A stretch of DNA of 64,000 nt from a virus: IMG/VR virus record IMGVR_UViG_3300045988_126619, positions 95,469-159,468 of that record; one strand, written 5' to 3'. Below the pieces are notes generated by a model. It had not been told where the DNA came from. It searched no databases and saw nothing but the letters and a program-made list of their open reading frames with translations. The first letter of the stretch is position 1. The number at the start of each line of letters is the position of its first letter. Below, piece after piece: positions 31,298 through 40,896 of this stretch. The position numbers and the translations under genes are program-made.

Positions 31298-31480
31298 ATG
31301 GCAGTAAAAACAGTATCAAAGAAAAGAAATAAGAAGGAAATGGTTATTGACAACACATTCAAGTTTGAGGAAATTATTTCTCAAGAAGAAAGAGCAGTAA
31401 TGTATGGAGTAGCAAATGGACAAGAGTTCAATGTGAAAGACATTAATGAACAATTAAGAGTTGCAAGAGATTTAAAATAA
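31298..31480 (+). CDS. hypothetical small protein
   Basis: 60 aa, downstream of the promoter at 31227-31255. AAAGGAAG SD. Confidence 0.4.
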   Translation: MAVKTVSKKRNKKEMVIDNTFKFEEIISQEERAVMYGVANGQEFNVKDINEQLRVARDLK

Positions 31481-31487
31481 TCTCTTG
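31464..31487 (+). terminator. stem-loop without U-tract, 5' of the conserved element
   Basis: A 7-bp stem CAAGAGA/TCTCTTG that spans the stop codon of 31298-31480. Confidence 0.3.
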
Positions 31488-31491
31488 TACA

Positions 31492-31506
31492 CACAAAATA
31501 AATGAT
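31492..31506 (+). promoter_or_regulatory. conserved element, stand-alone copy (no -35)
   Basis: CACAAAATAAATGAT after the hairpin at 31464-31487, upstream of the SSB-candidate gene. Confidence 0.5.
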
Positions 31507-31566
31507 AGCAAATAATTAATAACAAAAAGATAAAAATATTTAAAGAGAAAAAGGAGAATTAACATT

Positions 31567-32838
31567 ATGGCAAATAACATTTTTAAGGAAGCAACATTTA
31601 ACTTTATAGGACACATCAACTTTGGGAAAGAACCAGTATCAATCAAAAATGCAAGAAAAGATGGTACAGGTAATCTTTATAGAAAGAAACTTGGAGTAGG
31701 AATAAAACATAGCACTTCTTGTCCATTCTTATCAATGGAAGTATTACAAGATGGTATGAATCCAGAAAAATTTAAAGTTCTTGGATTAGATAATAAACTT
31801 GTTGAAGTTCCATATGGAATAACAACTAATCCAGATGTAATGGCTAAAATAGCTGACTACACTAAGATAACTATTGACTTAGAAACTGATTTTGAAAAGA
31901 AGAAAGAATATGTTTCATTAATTTACAAAGTTAGAAGTCATGAGTTTAAATTAGGTGAATTAGAAAAGAAGAAAGAAAGCGAAGGTCTTACTACAGAAGA
32001 AGAAACAGCAATTGAAGAACATAAAGCTAAGATTGAAGAATATAACGCTGAAATAGCTGAAAAAGCTACTAATAGACACACATTTATTATGAAAGATGCT
32101 ATTGATTTTATTAATGCTAATCTTCCAGAAATGAAGAAACATAAAGTTAGAGTTACTGGTAATGCAGTTAGTAACTATTACAATGATGTTAATAAACTAC
32201 AATATGTTCCAAAGACTATTGAGTATGTTCCAGACGATACACCAACTTGCTTAAAAGTTGAAGCAACAGTATTCTTTGAAAAGAAAGCCATGATTGATGA
32301 TGAAAAGAATAAAAAAGTTATGGTTAACGGTTATCTTCCAGAAACAAGAAAGAAAGTAACTAAACTTTATCCAACAATGTTTGTTATAGATTACAATAAG
32401 TTAGACTTATCACAAGAATCTCACCAAACTGCTTTAGACTTCATGAAATCAACATTTGAAGGTAAAGATAAGAAATCAGTTTACAGAGTATTAGTTGATA
32501 TTGATGTTATAGATGGAGCAGAAGTTAAAGAGTTTACAGAAGCTGATTTAACAAAAGAACAAAAACAAGCTATTGCATTAGGATTATACACATTCGAAGA
32601 TTTCAAACCTAAGAATCCTAGTTATGGAGCAAATATAGCAGAATATAGAGTTGTAAAACCTGTATTAAAAGAAGAATATAGTTCTGGAGCAGTAGTAGCA
32701 TTTGCTAGCAAAGACTTAGTAACTTATCTTCCAAATAGTGAACCAGTTGCTGAACCACCAAAGGAAGAAAAGAATGAAGAACCTGCACCTGCTGAAAACT
32801 CACAATCAGTTGACTTAGATGCTTTATTCGGTGCTTAA
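31567..32838 (+). CDS. candidate single-stranded-DNA-binding protein
   Basis: 423 aa. It has an acidic, proline-rich tail ending in DLDALFGA, like SSB C-terminal tips. It sits directly upstream of a Sak4-like ATPase. No OB-fold motif could be confirmed by eye. Confidence 0.3.
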   Translation: MANNIFKEATFNFIGHINFGKEPVSIKNARKDGTGNLYRKKLGVGIKHSTSCPFLSMEVLQDGMNPEKFKVLGLDNKLVEVPYGITTNPDVMAKIADYTKITIDLETDFEKKKEYVSLIYKVRSHEFKLGELEKKKESEGLTTEEETAIEEHKAKIEEYNAEIAEKATNRHTFIMKDAIDFINANLPEMKKHKVRVTGNAVSNYYNDVNKLQYVPKTIEYVPDDTPTCLKVEATVFFEKKAMIDDEKNKKVMVNGYLPETRKKVTKLYPTMFVIDYNKLDLSQESHQTALDFMKSTFEGKDKKSVYRVLVDIDVIDGAEVKEFTEADLTKEQKQAIALGLYTFEDFKPKNPSYGANIAEYRVVKPVLKEEYSSGAVVAFASKDLVTYLPNSEPVAEPPKEEKNEEPAPAENSQSVDLDALFGA

Positions 32839-32850
32839 AATATGATAAAT

Positions 32851-32872
32851 AAGGGAGATTAATTTCTCCCTT
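32851..32872 (+). terminator. stem-loop without U-tract, 5' of the conserved element
   Basis: An 8-bp stem AAGGGAGA/TCTCCCTT. Confidence 0.35.
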
Positions 32873-32875
32873 ACA

Positions 32876-32890
32876 CATAAAATAAATGAT
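32876..32890 (+). promoter_or_regulatory. conserved element, stand-alone copy (no -35)
   Basis: ACACATAAAATAAATGAT after the hairpin at 32851-32872, upstream of the Sak4-like gene. Confidence 0.5.
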
Positions 32891-32933
32891 AGTAAAAAAT
32901 AAAAATAATTTATATAAAAAGGAGAAATGCACA

Positions 32934-33333
32934 ATGGGATTCAAAAAACCAACAGTAAAGAGAGTAAAAACAGATATTCAATCATTATCAATATATTTAA
33001 GGAGCGTCAAGAAATTTGGAAAATCCACACTATTTAGAGATTTAGTAATCGAAAAATTTGGAGATGCTGAAAAAGGATTGCTAGTAGGTTGTGGAGCAGA
33101 AGTTGGATATAACATATTAGATAACTTAAATGCAACACAAGTAGAGGAATGGGAAGATTTAGAAGATTTAAAAGAATGGTTGATTGAAGAAAAAGGTAAA
33201 GAACATAATATTGAAATGGTAGCATTTGACGTTGTTAGTGAAATTATTCCTATGGCAGAAGACCAAGTAATAGCAAACTCAATAAGAGATACTGGTAAGC
33301 CATGTAAGAGTTTTAATAGTGCTTATGGTGGAT
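32934..33333 (+). CDS. Sak4-like (AAA_24) RecA-fold ATPase, exon 1
   Basis: Starts at ATG 32934 after AAAGGAGAA. It has the Walker A-like VKKFGKSTL and Walker B-like IEMVAFDVVSE. The frame hits TAG at 33342 where the intron begins. The exact 5' splice site is estimated. Confidence 0.55.
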
Positions 33334-33794
33334 TGACATACTAGTCCCTTTATATAGTAATATATATCGAATAACCTTGTGAACCTAGAAATTAGGGTGT
33401 GCCTTAAAGGTGCTAACGGTCGAAGTTAAATATTTAAAAATGTAACCTAGCCAATTAGGAGAATATGCTTCATAAGAAAGTCTAAGGTCTGTAATTAAAA
33501 CAGATAGCTGATAATACCGTGCAAAGCTAATTTAATTAGAATGTGTAGAGAGTATCGAAAGCTAGACAACTACATTCATAGAAATATGTAAATAGATTTA
33601 TAATCTAGGTGGTTTGAAAATAAGATAAACAATAATGTTTATACGAAGCAAGTAGAGTAGGGATAAAGTTGAAATACTTTATATAGTGAAATTAATATGT
33701 TTCATTACCCAAGTGCAAGGGTTCTTAAAATGTGGTAATAGTATTTTAAGAATATGATATAGTCCGTACTAATGGAAACATTAGAGGTTATACG
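33334..33794 (+). ncRNA. group I intron (no internal ORF) interrupting the Sak4-like gene
   Basis: This is a ~0.46-kb non-coding, GC-richer insert between two halves of one protein. GATATAGTCC at 33756-33765 matches the conserved group I S element (AAGATATAGTCC). AGACAACTACA at 33564-33574 resembles the R element. Splicing after U33333 and after G33794 restores the frame (..NSAYGGYGEPRKQLIK..). Confidence 0.6.
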
Positions 33795-34477
33795 ATGGAG
33801 AACCAAGAAAACAACTAATAAAACTACTTAAAACTTATTTCTCTGAATTAATAAAAGCAGGTTTTGGAGTGTTTGCAATTGCTCATACAAAATCTAAGAA
33901 GATTAAAGAAAAAGGTGACGATACAGAAGGATATGATACTTTAACATCTGACTTATCAAATGACTGTGAAAGCATTTTCGGAGATATATTCGATTGTGTA
34001 TTAACAGGTGTTATAGATAGAACTGTAGTTGATGGTAAGATAACAGCAGAAACAAGAAAATTATGGTTGAGAGGAAATGGCTATGTGGATGCTGGGTGTC
34101 GTTTTGGTAAAGATTGCGTTCCAGAGTACATCGACTTTACAGAAAAGAATATGGCAAAAACATTCATAGATACTCTTGAAGAAGGTTTAAGATTATCAAG
34201 AACTGATTCAGTTTCTAAAGATGAATTTAAAGCACTTCAAAAAGAAGAAAGAAAAGAATTAGCCGAAAAGGCAGTAACTGCTCAAACAGCTAGTGCAACT
34301 GAAAAAGCTAAAGTGTCGGATGCCGACAAACAATCTTTAGTAGACACGCTTCAAAAAAATATTAATCAATTAGATGCTGTAAAAGTAAAAGAATTGGTTG
34401 GTAAATATGGAATCAACTTCAAAGATGTATCAACAATATCTGATGAAGCATACAATGAACTTAAAGGTTTATTATAA
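33795..34477 (+). CDS. Sak4-like (AAA_24) RecA-fold ATPase, exon 2
   Basis: The reading frame is open from 33785. It continues the protein with KAGFGVFAIAHTKSKK (the ..iaH motif of AAA_24) and an acidic C-terminus. The track's GTG 33869 start has no SD. Confidence 0.55.
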
Positions 34478-34482
34478 TATTT

Positions 34483-34511
34483 AAAGATACTCTTAATTGA
34501 GTATCTTTTTT
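34483..34511 (+). terminator. intrinsic terminator after the Sak4-like gene
   Basis: A 10-bp stem AAAGATACTC/GAGTATCTTT, a 6-nt loop and a T-rich tail. Confidence 0.7.
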
Positions 34512-34521
34512 AAATTTATTG

Positions 34522-34550
34522 TTGACATAAAATAAATGATATGATATAAT
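34522..34550 (+). promoter_or_regulatory. sigma-A-type promoter with the conserved element as spacer
   Basis: TTGACA at 34522-34527, spacer TAAAATAAATGATATGA, TATAAT at 34545-34550. Confidence 0.7.
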
Positions 34551-34575
34551 ATATGATATAAAGGAGGTAATCAAT

Positions 34576-35112
34576 ATGGCACGTAAAGTTAAATGTCAAA
34601 TTTGTGGAAAGGAATTAACAAATGATGTAGCCTTTAAAGTAACAAAAGGTAAAAGAAATTTATATTACTGTTCACAAGAAGAATATGAAGATATGTTAGG
34701 AGAAAAGGGGAGAAAAGATAAGTTTTATCAATTCTTAGCAGAAGAACTTCATCAAAAATATATACCACCTATGATGGTGAAAGAGATTAATCAATTATCA
34801 GACACATTTAGTTATGAAACAATAAAACAAACATTTATTGAATGTAGAAATACAATTCAACAATTCTTACAAAAGAATAACTATAATATTCAATATAATA
34901 CTTGCAGATATATATTTGCTATTATAGGTAATAGTATAGTTCAAGTAGATAAACAAAGGCAAAAAGATATTCAACAGTTACAACAAATGTTTGAACCTAT
35001 AGTTGTAGAAGAAGAAAATGAAATTATAGATTTACCTGTTGTAACCCCAACACATAAAATAAACAATAAACCAAAGCATGATATAAGTTCTTTATTAGAA
35101 GATTTATGTTAA
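34576..35112 (+). CDS. hypothetical protein with N-terminal zinc-finger-like motif
   Basis: 178 aa with CQICGK...YYCSQEEY. It is the first gene after the promoter at 34522-34550 and lies directly upstream of the helicase. Its role (loader or initiator?) is not supported by sequence alone. Confidence 0.4.
   Translation: MARKVKCQICGKELTNDVAFKVTKGKRNLYYCSQEEYEDMLGEKGRKDKFYQFLAEELHQKYIPPMMVKEINQLSDTFSYETIKQTFIECRNTIQQFLQKNNYNIQYNTCRYIFAIIGNSIVQVDKQRQKDIQQLQQMFEPIVVEEENEIIDLPVVTPTHKINNKPKHDISSLLEDLC
35053..35067 (+). promoter_or_regulatory. conserved element embedded in coding sequence
   Basis: ACACATAAAATAAACAAT lies inside the 3' end of ORF 34576-35112 (encoding THKINNK), 65 nt before the helicase start. 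Confidence 0.45.
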
Positions 35113-35131
35113 TTATAAGGAGAGAGTAATA

Positions 35132-36634
35132 ATGACAAATACAGAAAGAGATTATGAAAAACTTTTACAAAACACTAGAAGAACAGCAGAAGGAAGATTT
35201 TGTGGATTATTTTTAAAATATCCCGACTTAATTATGGATTATGATATAAATAGAAACTTATTTTCAGATGAAACAAAATTCTTTATGGGATTAGTATATA
35301 ATTGCGTAGAAAAAGGTGTTTATATATTAGATGAAGTAACTATTACGGAATATGTTGAATCAGTAGAATTTTTAAATGAAAAGTTTAAAAGTTTTGGTGG
35401 TTATGGAACTATTAAAGAATTAATGTTTATGGCTCAAAAAGAAAATGCTGATGCAATAGTTGATGAATTTGTTAAATGGAAAATGGTAGAAGATTTATAT
35501 AATAAGGGTTATATCAGATTGGAAAAGATGTGGGCAACATTAGTTAAGGCAAAATCTTCTCAATTACAAGATATTTTTGAACATGGATTTTCAGATATGG
35601 GAATAAAAAGTTTTGGAGATATTGAAAGAGAAACATTATCTTTAACAGATAAAGAAGTTCAAGAATTAAAAGATGGAATGATGATGGGTATTCAATTTGG
35701 TAAGTATAGCCACATATTGAATTATTTAACTATGGGATTACCAAAAGGTGAATTAACTCTATTTGCTTCATATACTAATGGTGGTAAATCATCATTTATG
35801 ACAGCTAATGTTGTTATTCCTATTGCTGAACAAGGAACAAAGGTTACTATAATTGCCAACGAACAAAAATCTTTAGTATATAAACTTATGCTTATGACTT
35901 ATGTCCTTAATGAAAGATTGAAATATTTTAAAATACCTAGAAAGAAGTTAAAGAGTGGACAATGGTCAGAAGAAGATGAAAGATATATTGAAGAAGCTAG
36001 AAAAATTATTAGAGAAGAATATGAGCCATATATTTCGTTTTGGAAGGTTTATGACTATGATATGAAGAAAGTATCTACTATAGCTAAGAAAGAAGCTAAA
36101 TTAGGTTGTGAGGTACTTGTATATGATACATTTAAGTATTCTGGTGAAAATGAATCTGCTTGGATGTCATTATTAAATGATTCCAAAGAATTATTACAAA
36201 TATGTTCAAAAAATAATTTAGCAGGGGTTGTTACTTGTCAGTTAGCATTAGCCACAAAGAATAAAAAAAGAATAATAGATGAAACAATTCTATCAAATGG
36301 TAAACAAATTTCAGAAGTATTTGCTGAAATGATAGGATGGAGAGATGTGTTCTCGGATGAATTTGCAGATGGGGAAAGTGATATTAAACCATATACGATA
36401 GATAGAGATGCAGATGGTAAATATATTAAGATTAAAGATGAAAATGGAAGTACAGTTTATAAAACAACACCAGTTATAATAAGACCTAACAAAGATAAAA
36501 TGTATAAAATATTTTTCCACTTTAAAACAAGGTCAGATGCTGTAGGAACACAAATACTTTATGAATTTGTTGGGTATAGAAACCAATGGAAAGAATTAGG
36601 ATATTGTAATGTAACAGGAAAAGACAGATTTTAA
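35132..36634 (+). CDS. dnaB: DnaB-like replicative DNA helicase
   Basis: 500 aa. The C-terminal RecA-like domain has Walker A SYTNGGKSSFMT and Walker B EVLVYDTF. An N-terminal helical domain precedes it. Confidence 0.65.
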   Translation: MTNTERDYEKLLQNTRRTAEGRFCGLFLKYPDLIMDYDINRNLFSDETKFFMGLVYNCVEKGVYILDEVTITEYVESVEFLNEKFKSFGGYGTIKELMFMAQKENADAIVDEFVKWKMVEDLYNKGYIRLEKMWATLVKAKSSQLQDIFEHGFSDMGIKSFGDIERETLSLTDKEVQELKDGMMMGIQFGKYSHILNYLTMGLPKGELTLFASYTNGGKSSFMTANVVIPIAEQGTKVTIIANEQKSLVYKLMLMTYVLNERLKYFKIPRKKLKSGQWSEEDERYIEEARKIIREEYEPYISFWKVYDYDMKKVSTIAKKEAKLGCEVLVYDTFKYSGENESAWMSLLNDSKELLQICSKNNLAGVVTCQLALATKNKKRIIDETILSNGKQISEVFAEMIGWRDVFSDEFADGESDIKPYTIDRDADGKYIKIKDENGSTVYKTTPVIIRPNKDKMYKIFFHFKTRSDAVGTQILYEFVGYRNQWKELGYCNVTGKDRF

Positions 36635-36652
36635 GATTAGGAGTGGCTTATA

Positions 36653-37738
36653 ATGATTATAGCAGTAAAAGAAAAATTAAAAAACAATGTCCAAGATATA
36701 AGAACTATTTTGAATGATATTGGTTGCTATAATATTAATGTTCAAGGTAATAAAATAAGATTTGGTACAGATAATACTGGAAGTGGGACAGGGAATGTCT
36801 TGTCAATAGACACTCTAAAATATCATACTTTTTCACATGATAAAGATAGGAATGGAGATATTTTTCTATTGGTTGGTAATCAGTTAGGATTAGAATTTAG
36901 GGAAGCCTTAAATTGGTTAGCTAATAAATTAAATGTAACTGGTCACTATAGAGAACAAAGGACAATAACTTTACCATATGGAGGATTTTTTAAGAAATAC
37001 ACTCAAGATATATATGAATTTCAAACAATAGAACCACCCAAGAGATATGAAGAAAATGTTCTTAATAATTTCATTCCTATGAATAGTGAATTATGGCTTA
37101 AAGATGGTATTCCGTACATTATCCAAGAAAGATTTGGAGTAGGATATGACACATATTCTAAGCGTATAACACTTCCTATAAGAGATGAAATAGGATATTT
37201 ATGTGGAGTTATAGGGAGAGTAAATAGAGAAGATGTTTCTCCATTTGAAGCAAAATATCTTAGTTTAATAACTTGTGATAGAGGAAAGATATTATTTGGT
37301 TTATATGAAAATTATGCAACTATATTAGAACAGAATAGAATATATATAGCAGAAGCTGAAAAGGCTGTCTTACAAGCTTTAGCAAAAGGTATTACTAATG
37401 TTGTAGCAGTAGGAAAACATGATATAAGTAATAGACAAGCTGTACTAGTGAAAACTATGGCAGTAGATGAAGTCATAATAGCATTTGATGAAGGTGTACC
37501 TTTTGAAGATTGTTGTAAGCAGATAGAAAGATTAAAAATAAAGAATCCATATTTCAATAATAGAATAGGTATATTATATGATTTTGATAATAAATATCTA
37601 CCTAAAGGGAGTAAGATGTCCCCATATGATTTAGATAAAGATAAATTAGAAGAATATCAAGAGAACTGTATCATATGGGAAGATGAAATAAATAAACATA
37701 AAGTATTATCAATAGATGAATTATTTGGAAACATTTAA
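36653..37738 (+). CDS. DNA primase (TOPRIM domain)
   Basis: 361 aa. It has the TOPRIM-like IYIAEAEKAV (Glu) and VIIAFDEG (DxD-like). It lies adjacent to the helicase. Confidence 0.5.
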   Translation: MIIAVKEKLKNNVQDIRTILNDIGCYNINVQGNKIRFGTDNTGSGTGNVLSIDTLKYHTFSHDKDRNGDIFLLVGNQLGLEFREALNWLANKLNVTGHYREQRTITLPYGGFFKKYTQDIYEFQTIEPPKRYEENVLNNFIPMNSELWLKDGIPYIIQERFGVGYDTYSKRITLPIRDEIGYLCGVIGRVNREDVSPFEAKYLSLITCDRGKILFGLYENYATILEQNRIYIAEAEKAVLQALAKGITNVVAVGKHDISNRQAVLVKTMAVDEVIIAFDEGVPFEDCCKQIERLKIKNPYFNNRIGILYDFDNKYLPKGSKMSPYDLDKDKLEEYQENCIIWEDEINKHKVLSIDELFGNI

Positions 37739-37745
37739 TTCTCTA

Positions 37746-37774
37746 TTGACAACACATAAAATAAATGATAATAT
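37746..37774 (+). promoter_or_regulatory. promoter-like element, conserved element shifted +3
   Basis: TTGACA at 37746-37751, spacer ACACATAAAATAAATGA, TAATAT at 37769-37774. Confidence 0.5.
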
Positions 37775-37818
37775 AGATATATAATAAATATTGGTTAATA
37801 GAAAGGTAGGAAATTAAT

Positions 37819-38178
37819 ATGGAAACAATAAGAGTAGGAGTTTTTGAAACAAATTCAAGTTCAACACATAGCTTAACAATGTGTACTAGAGAGGAATATG
37901 ATAAATGGGAAAAAGGCGAGTTATTGTGGAATAAATGGGATGAAGATTTTATGACACTTGAACAATTGTGTAGAGAGAACGAAATACAATTTGATGATGA
38001 ACTTTATGATAATGATGAAGATTATGCAGAATCAATAGATAAAAAAATAAAAAATGCAGGATATCTGACATATGAAGAATTTTGGGAAGATGAATATTTA
38101 GAAGGATTTGAAGATTCATATACAACAAAAGGTGGAGAAGAAATAGTAGCATTTGGGTTATATGGATATGATGGATAA
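37819..38178 (+). CDS. hypothetical acidic protein
   Basis: 119 aa with its own promoter-like element at 37746-37774. Confidence 0.4.
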   Translation: METIRVGVFETNSSSTHSLTMCTREEYDKWEKGELLWNKWDEDFMTLEQLCRENEIQFDDELYDNDEDYAESIDKKIKNAGYLTYEEFWEDEYLEGFEDSYTTKGGEEIVAFGLYGYDG

Positions 38179-38195
38179 TAACTATATATCCAAGA

Positions 38196-38210
38196 CATAA
38201 AATAAACAAT
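38196..38210 (+). promoter_or_regulatory. conserved element, stand-alone copy (no -35)
   Basis: CATAAAATAAACAAT followed by AAGAGAGGAAG and the radical SAM gene start. Confidence 0.5.
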
Positions 38211-38221
38211 AAGAGAGGAAG

Positions 38222-39112
38222 ATGAATAATATGAGATTAATAGGAAAATATGTTAATGGTAATTATAAAGTGGCTATCTTTAATGATGGCACAAAAATAA
38301 GACATACAGATGATAATTATTGGAACGCCCAATTTCCAGAAAACATAGATTTAAAAATAACTAATAATTGTGATATGAGGTGTCCATACTGCCACGAAAA
38401 CTCAACTATAGATGGTAAACATGGGGATATTATGAATATGGAGTTTATAAACACCTTGATGCCTTATACAGAGGTCGCAATTGGCGGAGGAAACGCCTTA
38501 GAACATCCATATTTAGTACCATTTTTGCAAAAGTTAAAAGAAAGAAATATATTTGCAAACATAACAGTTAATCAATATCACTTTATGGAGAACTTAATGC
38601 TTATACAGTTATTAGTAGAAAGAGAACTAATAAAAGGTCTAGGAGTATCTTTGATGAATACCACAGAGGACTTTATTTCAGAGATTTCAAAATTTGAAAA
38701 TGCTGTTATACACATAATTAATGGTGTTGAACTAGTTTCAAATTTAAAAAAATTATATGACAAGGATTTAAAAATATTAATCTTAGGATATAAGGAATTT
38801 AGAAGAGGAAAAGATTATTATTCTGAAAAGGTTGAAGCACGAAAGAATATGTTAAAGGAAGAACTTCCTAATTTAATCAATCATTTTCAAGTAGTTAGTT
38901 TTGATAATCTTGCACTAGAGCAATTAGATGTCAAAACTTTATTAGGAGATAAATGGAATGATTTCTATATGGGTGATGATGGTCAATTTACAATGTATAT
39001 AGATGCTGTAACAGGAACATTTGGTAAGAGTTCTACTATGCCAATAGCTGATAGATTACCAATCACAAATAATATAAATGATATGTTTAAAATTGTTAAG
39101 GAGATGAAATAA
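38222..39112 (+). CDS. radical SAM enzyme of unknown specificity
   Basis: 296 aa. It has the CxxxCxxC cluster NNCDMRCPYCHE near the N-terminus and a glycine-rich VAIGGGNALEH (SAM-binding-like) motif. Confidence 0.6.
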   Translation: MNNMRLIGKYVNGNYKVAIFNDGTKIRHTDDNYWNAQFPENIDLKITNNCDMRCPYCHENSTIDGKHGDIMNMEFINTLMPYTEVAIGGGNALEHPYLVPFLQKLKERNIFANITVNQYHFMENLMLIQLLVERELIKGLGVSLMNTTEDFISEISKFENAVIHIINGVELVSNLKKLYDKDLKILILGYKEFRRGKDYYSEKVEARKNMLKEELPNLINHFQVVSFDNLALEQLDVKTLLGDKWNDFYMGDDGQFTMYIDAVTGTFGKSSTMPIADRLPITNNINDMFKIVKEMK

Positions 39113-39115
39113 TAT

Positions 39116-39766
39116 ATGGATATTAAAGCATACAAGCAATCATTAATAGATGATATTGATGATTTAATAACAAAATTAGAGTGTAAGAAACAAGAAATCA
39201 AAGAAATTCAAGAAAATAGAAAGTTTTTACCTATACACGATGAATATTATTGGTACGTAGATGATTGTGGTAATATATGTAAAACACCTTTCCATCAAAA
39301 TTGTTATAGTGATATACAGCGAGTTGATATAGGAAATTGTTTTAGAACTAAAGAAGAAGCTGAATTATATGCAAAAAAAATAATAGAAGTCTTTTCTAAT
39401 GGATTAAATGAAGATAAGAAACTTGGAATTTATGATAAATTTGGGTTCATAGGTTATTTAGGTGATGAAACACATATAACTTATGAAAATGGTATTACAG
39501 CACGTGTAGGGGATGTTGTTGATGTAATACAGAAGGATAGTATAAGAAAATATCGCACATACATCTTTAAAGATGATGATTACACAAAAGGGGCGATTAT
39601 GGGATATGCTTCACCTACTAGTAATCAACGTGCATTAAATAATTTTTATGGGCAATACGAGATTCATAAAATTATTGATTACTCAAGATTAAAAGAAGGA
39701 TATATTTATTCAAATGATAAAGCTGAAATAAGAGCAATTATAAAAGGGGATTGTGATAATGAGTAA
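39116..39766 (+). CDS. hypothetical protein
   Basis: 216 aa with an AAGGAGATG SD. No motif recognised. Confidence 0.45.
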   Translation: MDIKAYKQSLIDDIDDLITKLECKKQEIKEIQENRKFLPIHDEYYWYVDDCGNICKTPFHQNCYSDIQRVDIGNCFRTKEEAELYAKKIIEVFSNGLNEDKKLGIYDKFGFIGYLGDETHITYENGITARVGDVVDVIQKDSIRKYRTYIFKDDDYTKGAIMGYASPTSNQRALNNFYGQYEIHKIIDYSRLKEGYIYSNDKAEIRAIIKGDCDNE

Positions 39767-40784
39767 AATAGAGTTAATTTTTAGAGATAATATGAATGAA
39801 TATATAGATAAGATAAAGAAAAAAAATCCTAACGCTGTATTCTTATCTCATTCAAAATTAGGTACATTTGCCCAATGTCCTAGAAGCTATTATTATTCTT
39901 ATATTGATAGAAAACCACAAACACAAGGGGTCTATAGTACACTTGGAGAACAAGTGCATGAAACGCTCCAAGAACTATACGAGGATAAAACAGATGTATT
40001 AGATAAAGGAAGATTTGATAAGGCATTTGAAATGTGTTCTATATTAGGAATTGACTTTCCAGTTTCTCAATATGATATAGCAGGCAATTATAAAAGAGAT
40101 ATAGATAATTTCTACAAATACTATAAAAGATTCCCTAAAGAAGAAGGGAAACAATTCATTTGTGAGTTAGGATTTATATTACAAATAGACCAAAATCATT
40201 ATGAAATGGGTTATATAGATTTACTTATTCTTAATCCAGATGGTACAGCCGAGATAGTTGATTTCAAAACGAGCAGTTCTTTCACAGGAAATCATTTAAT
40301 AGAAGCAGGAAGACAATTAGTTTTGTATAAACTAGCTATTGAACAATTATATAATATTCCAGTAACAAGGGTTAGTTGGCAGATGGTTAAGTATATGGAT
40401 GTTCAAATAGGAACTAATAAACCAAAGATAGGGGTTAAAGGCAGAGAGTGGGTAAAAGCTTGTTCAAGCCAAATAAAGACATTATTAAAAAAAGAAGTTG
40501 GAGATGTATCTATTGCTGAATTAATGCTTGCAAAAGCAATTGCAGATAACTCAATAGAATCACTTCCACAAGGGGTGCAAGATAAAATAAAGTATAACAT
40601 TCAGAACAGAGAATATGAAGTTACACAAGCTGTAATAGATGAATTTTGGGACTATACAAGAAATAGCATAGTAACAATTGAATCAAGAGAACCAGTTATA
40701 GATGCTTTTCCTTGTAATTGTGATAAATTTTTTTGTTGCAATCTATGCGGTTTTTCTAGGGATTATTGTAAGGAGTGGGAATGA
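39759..40784 (+). CDS. PD-(D/E)XK nuclease with Fe-S cysteines (Cas4/RecB-like exonuclease)
   Basis: It has an N-terminal Cys in FAQCPRSYYYSY, the nuclease core GYIDLL...AEIVDFKTSS, QLVLYK, and a C-terminal cysteine cluster CNCDKFFCCNLCGFSRDYC. Confidence 0.7.
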   Translation: MSKIELIFRDNMNEYIDKIKKKNPNAVFLSHSKLGTFAQCPRSYYYSYIDRKPQTQGVYSTLGEQVHETLQELYEDKTDVLDKGRFDKAFEMCSILGIDFPVSQYDIAGNYKRDIDNFYKYYKRFPKEEGKQFICELGFILQIDQNHYEMGYIDLLILNPDGTAEIVDFKTSSSFTGNHLIEAGRQLVLYKLAIEQLYNIPVTRVSWQMVKYMDVQIGTNKPKIGVKGREWVKACSSQIKTLLKKEVGDVSIAELMLAKAIADNSIESLPQGVQDKIKYNIQNREYEVTQAVIDEFWDYTRNSIVTIESREPVIDAFPCNCDKFFCCNLCGFSRDYCKEWE

Positions 40785-40802
40785 TAAAAATAAAATAAAT
40801 GA

Positions 40803-40831
40803 TTGACAAATGATAAAAGATGTGGTATTAT
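40803..40831 (+). promoter_or_regulatory. sigma-A-type promoter (variant element AATAAAATAAATGAT abuts the -35 at 40789-40803)
   Basis: TTGACA at 40803-40808, 17-nt spacer, TATTAT at 40826-40831. Confidence 0.45.
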
Positions 40832-40865
40832 TAATATTGAAGAAAGATATCACATCTTTTTATTA

Positions 40866-40880
40866 CACAAAATAAATGAT
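40866..40880 (+). promoter_or_regulatory. conserved element, stand-alone copy (no -35)
   Basis: CACAAAATAAATGAT directly followed by AAGGAGGAGAGG and the polymerase start. Confidence 0.5.
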
Positions 40881-40896
40881 AAGGAGGAGAGGTAAA

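Noticed and set aside
32886-32933. ORF-track N-terminal extensions that start at the ATG (or a nearby TTG) inside or beside the conserved element. Other cases are 19026, 45609, 45925, 47677, 51897 and 56091.
   Set aside because: These starts have no SD at a proper distance. Each has an in-frame ATG 18-63 nt downstream that is preceded by a strong GGAGG-type SD. The ATG is simply part of the element (..AAATGAT).
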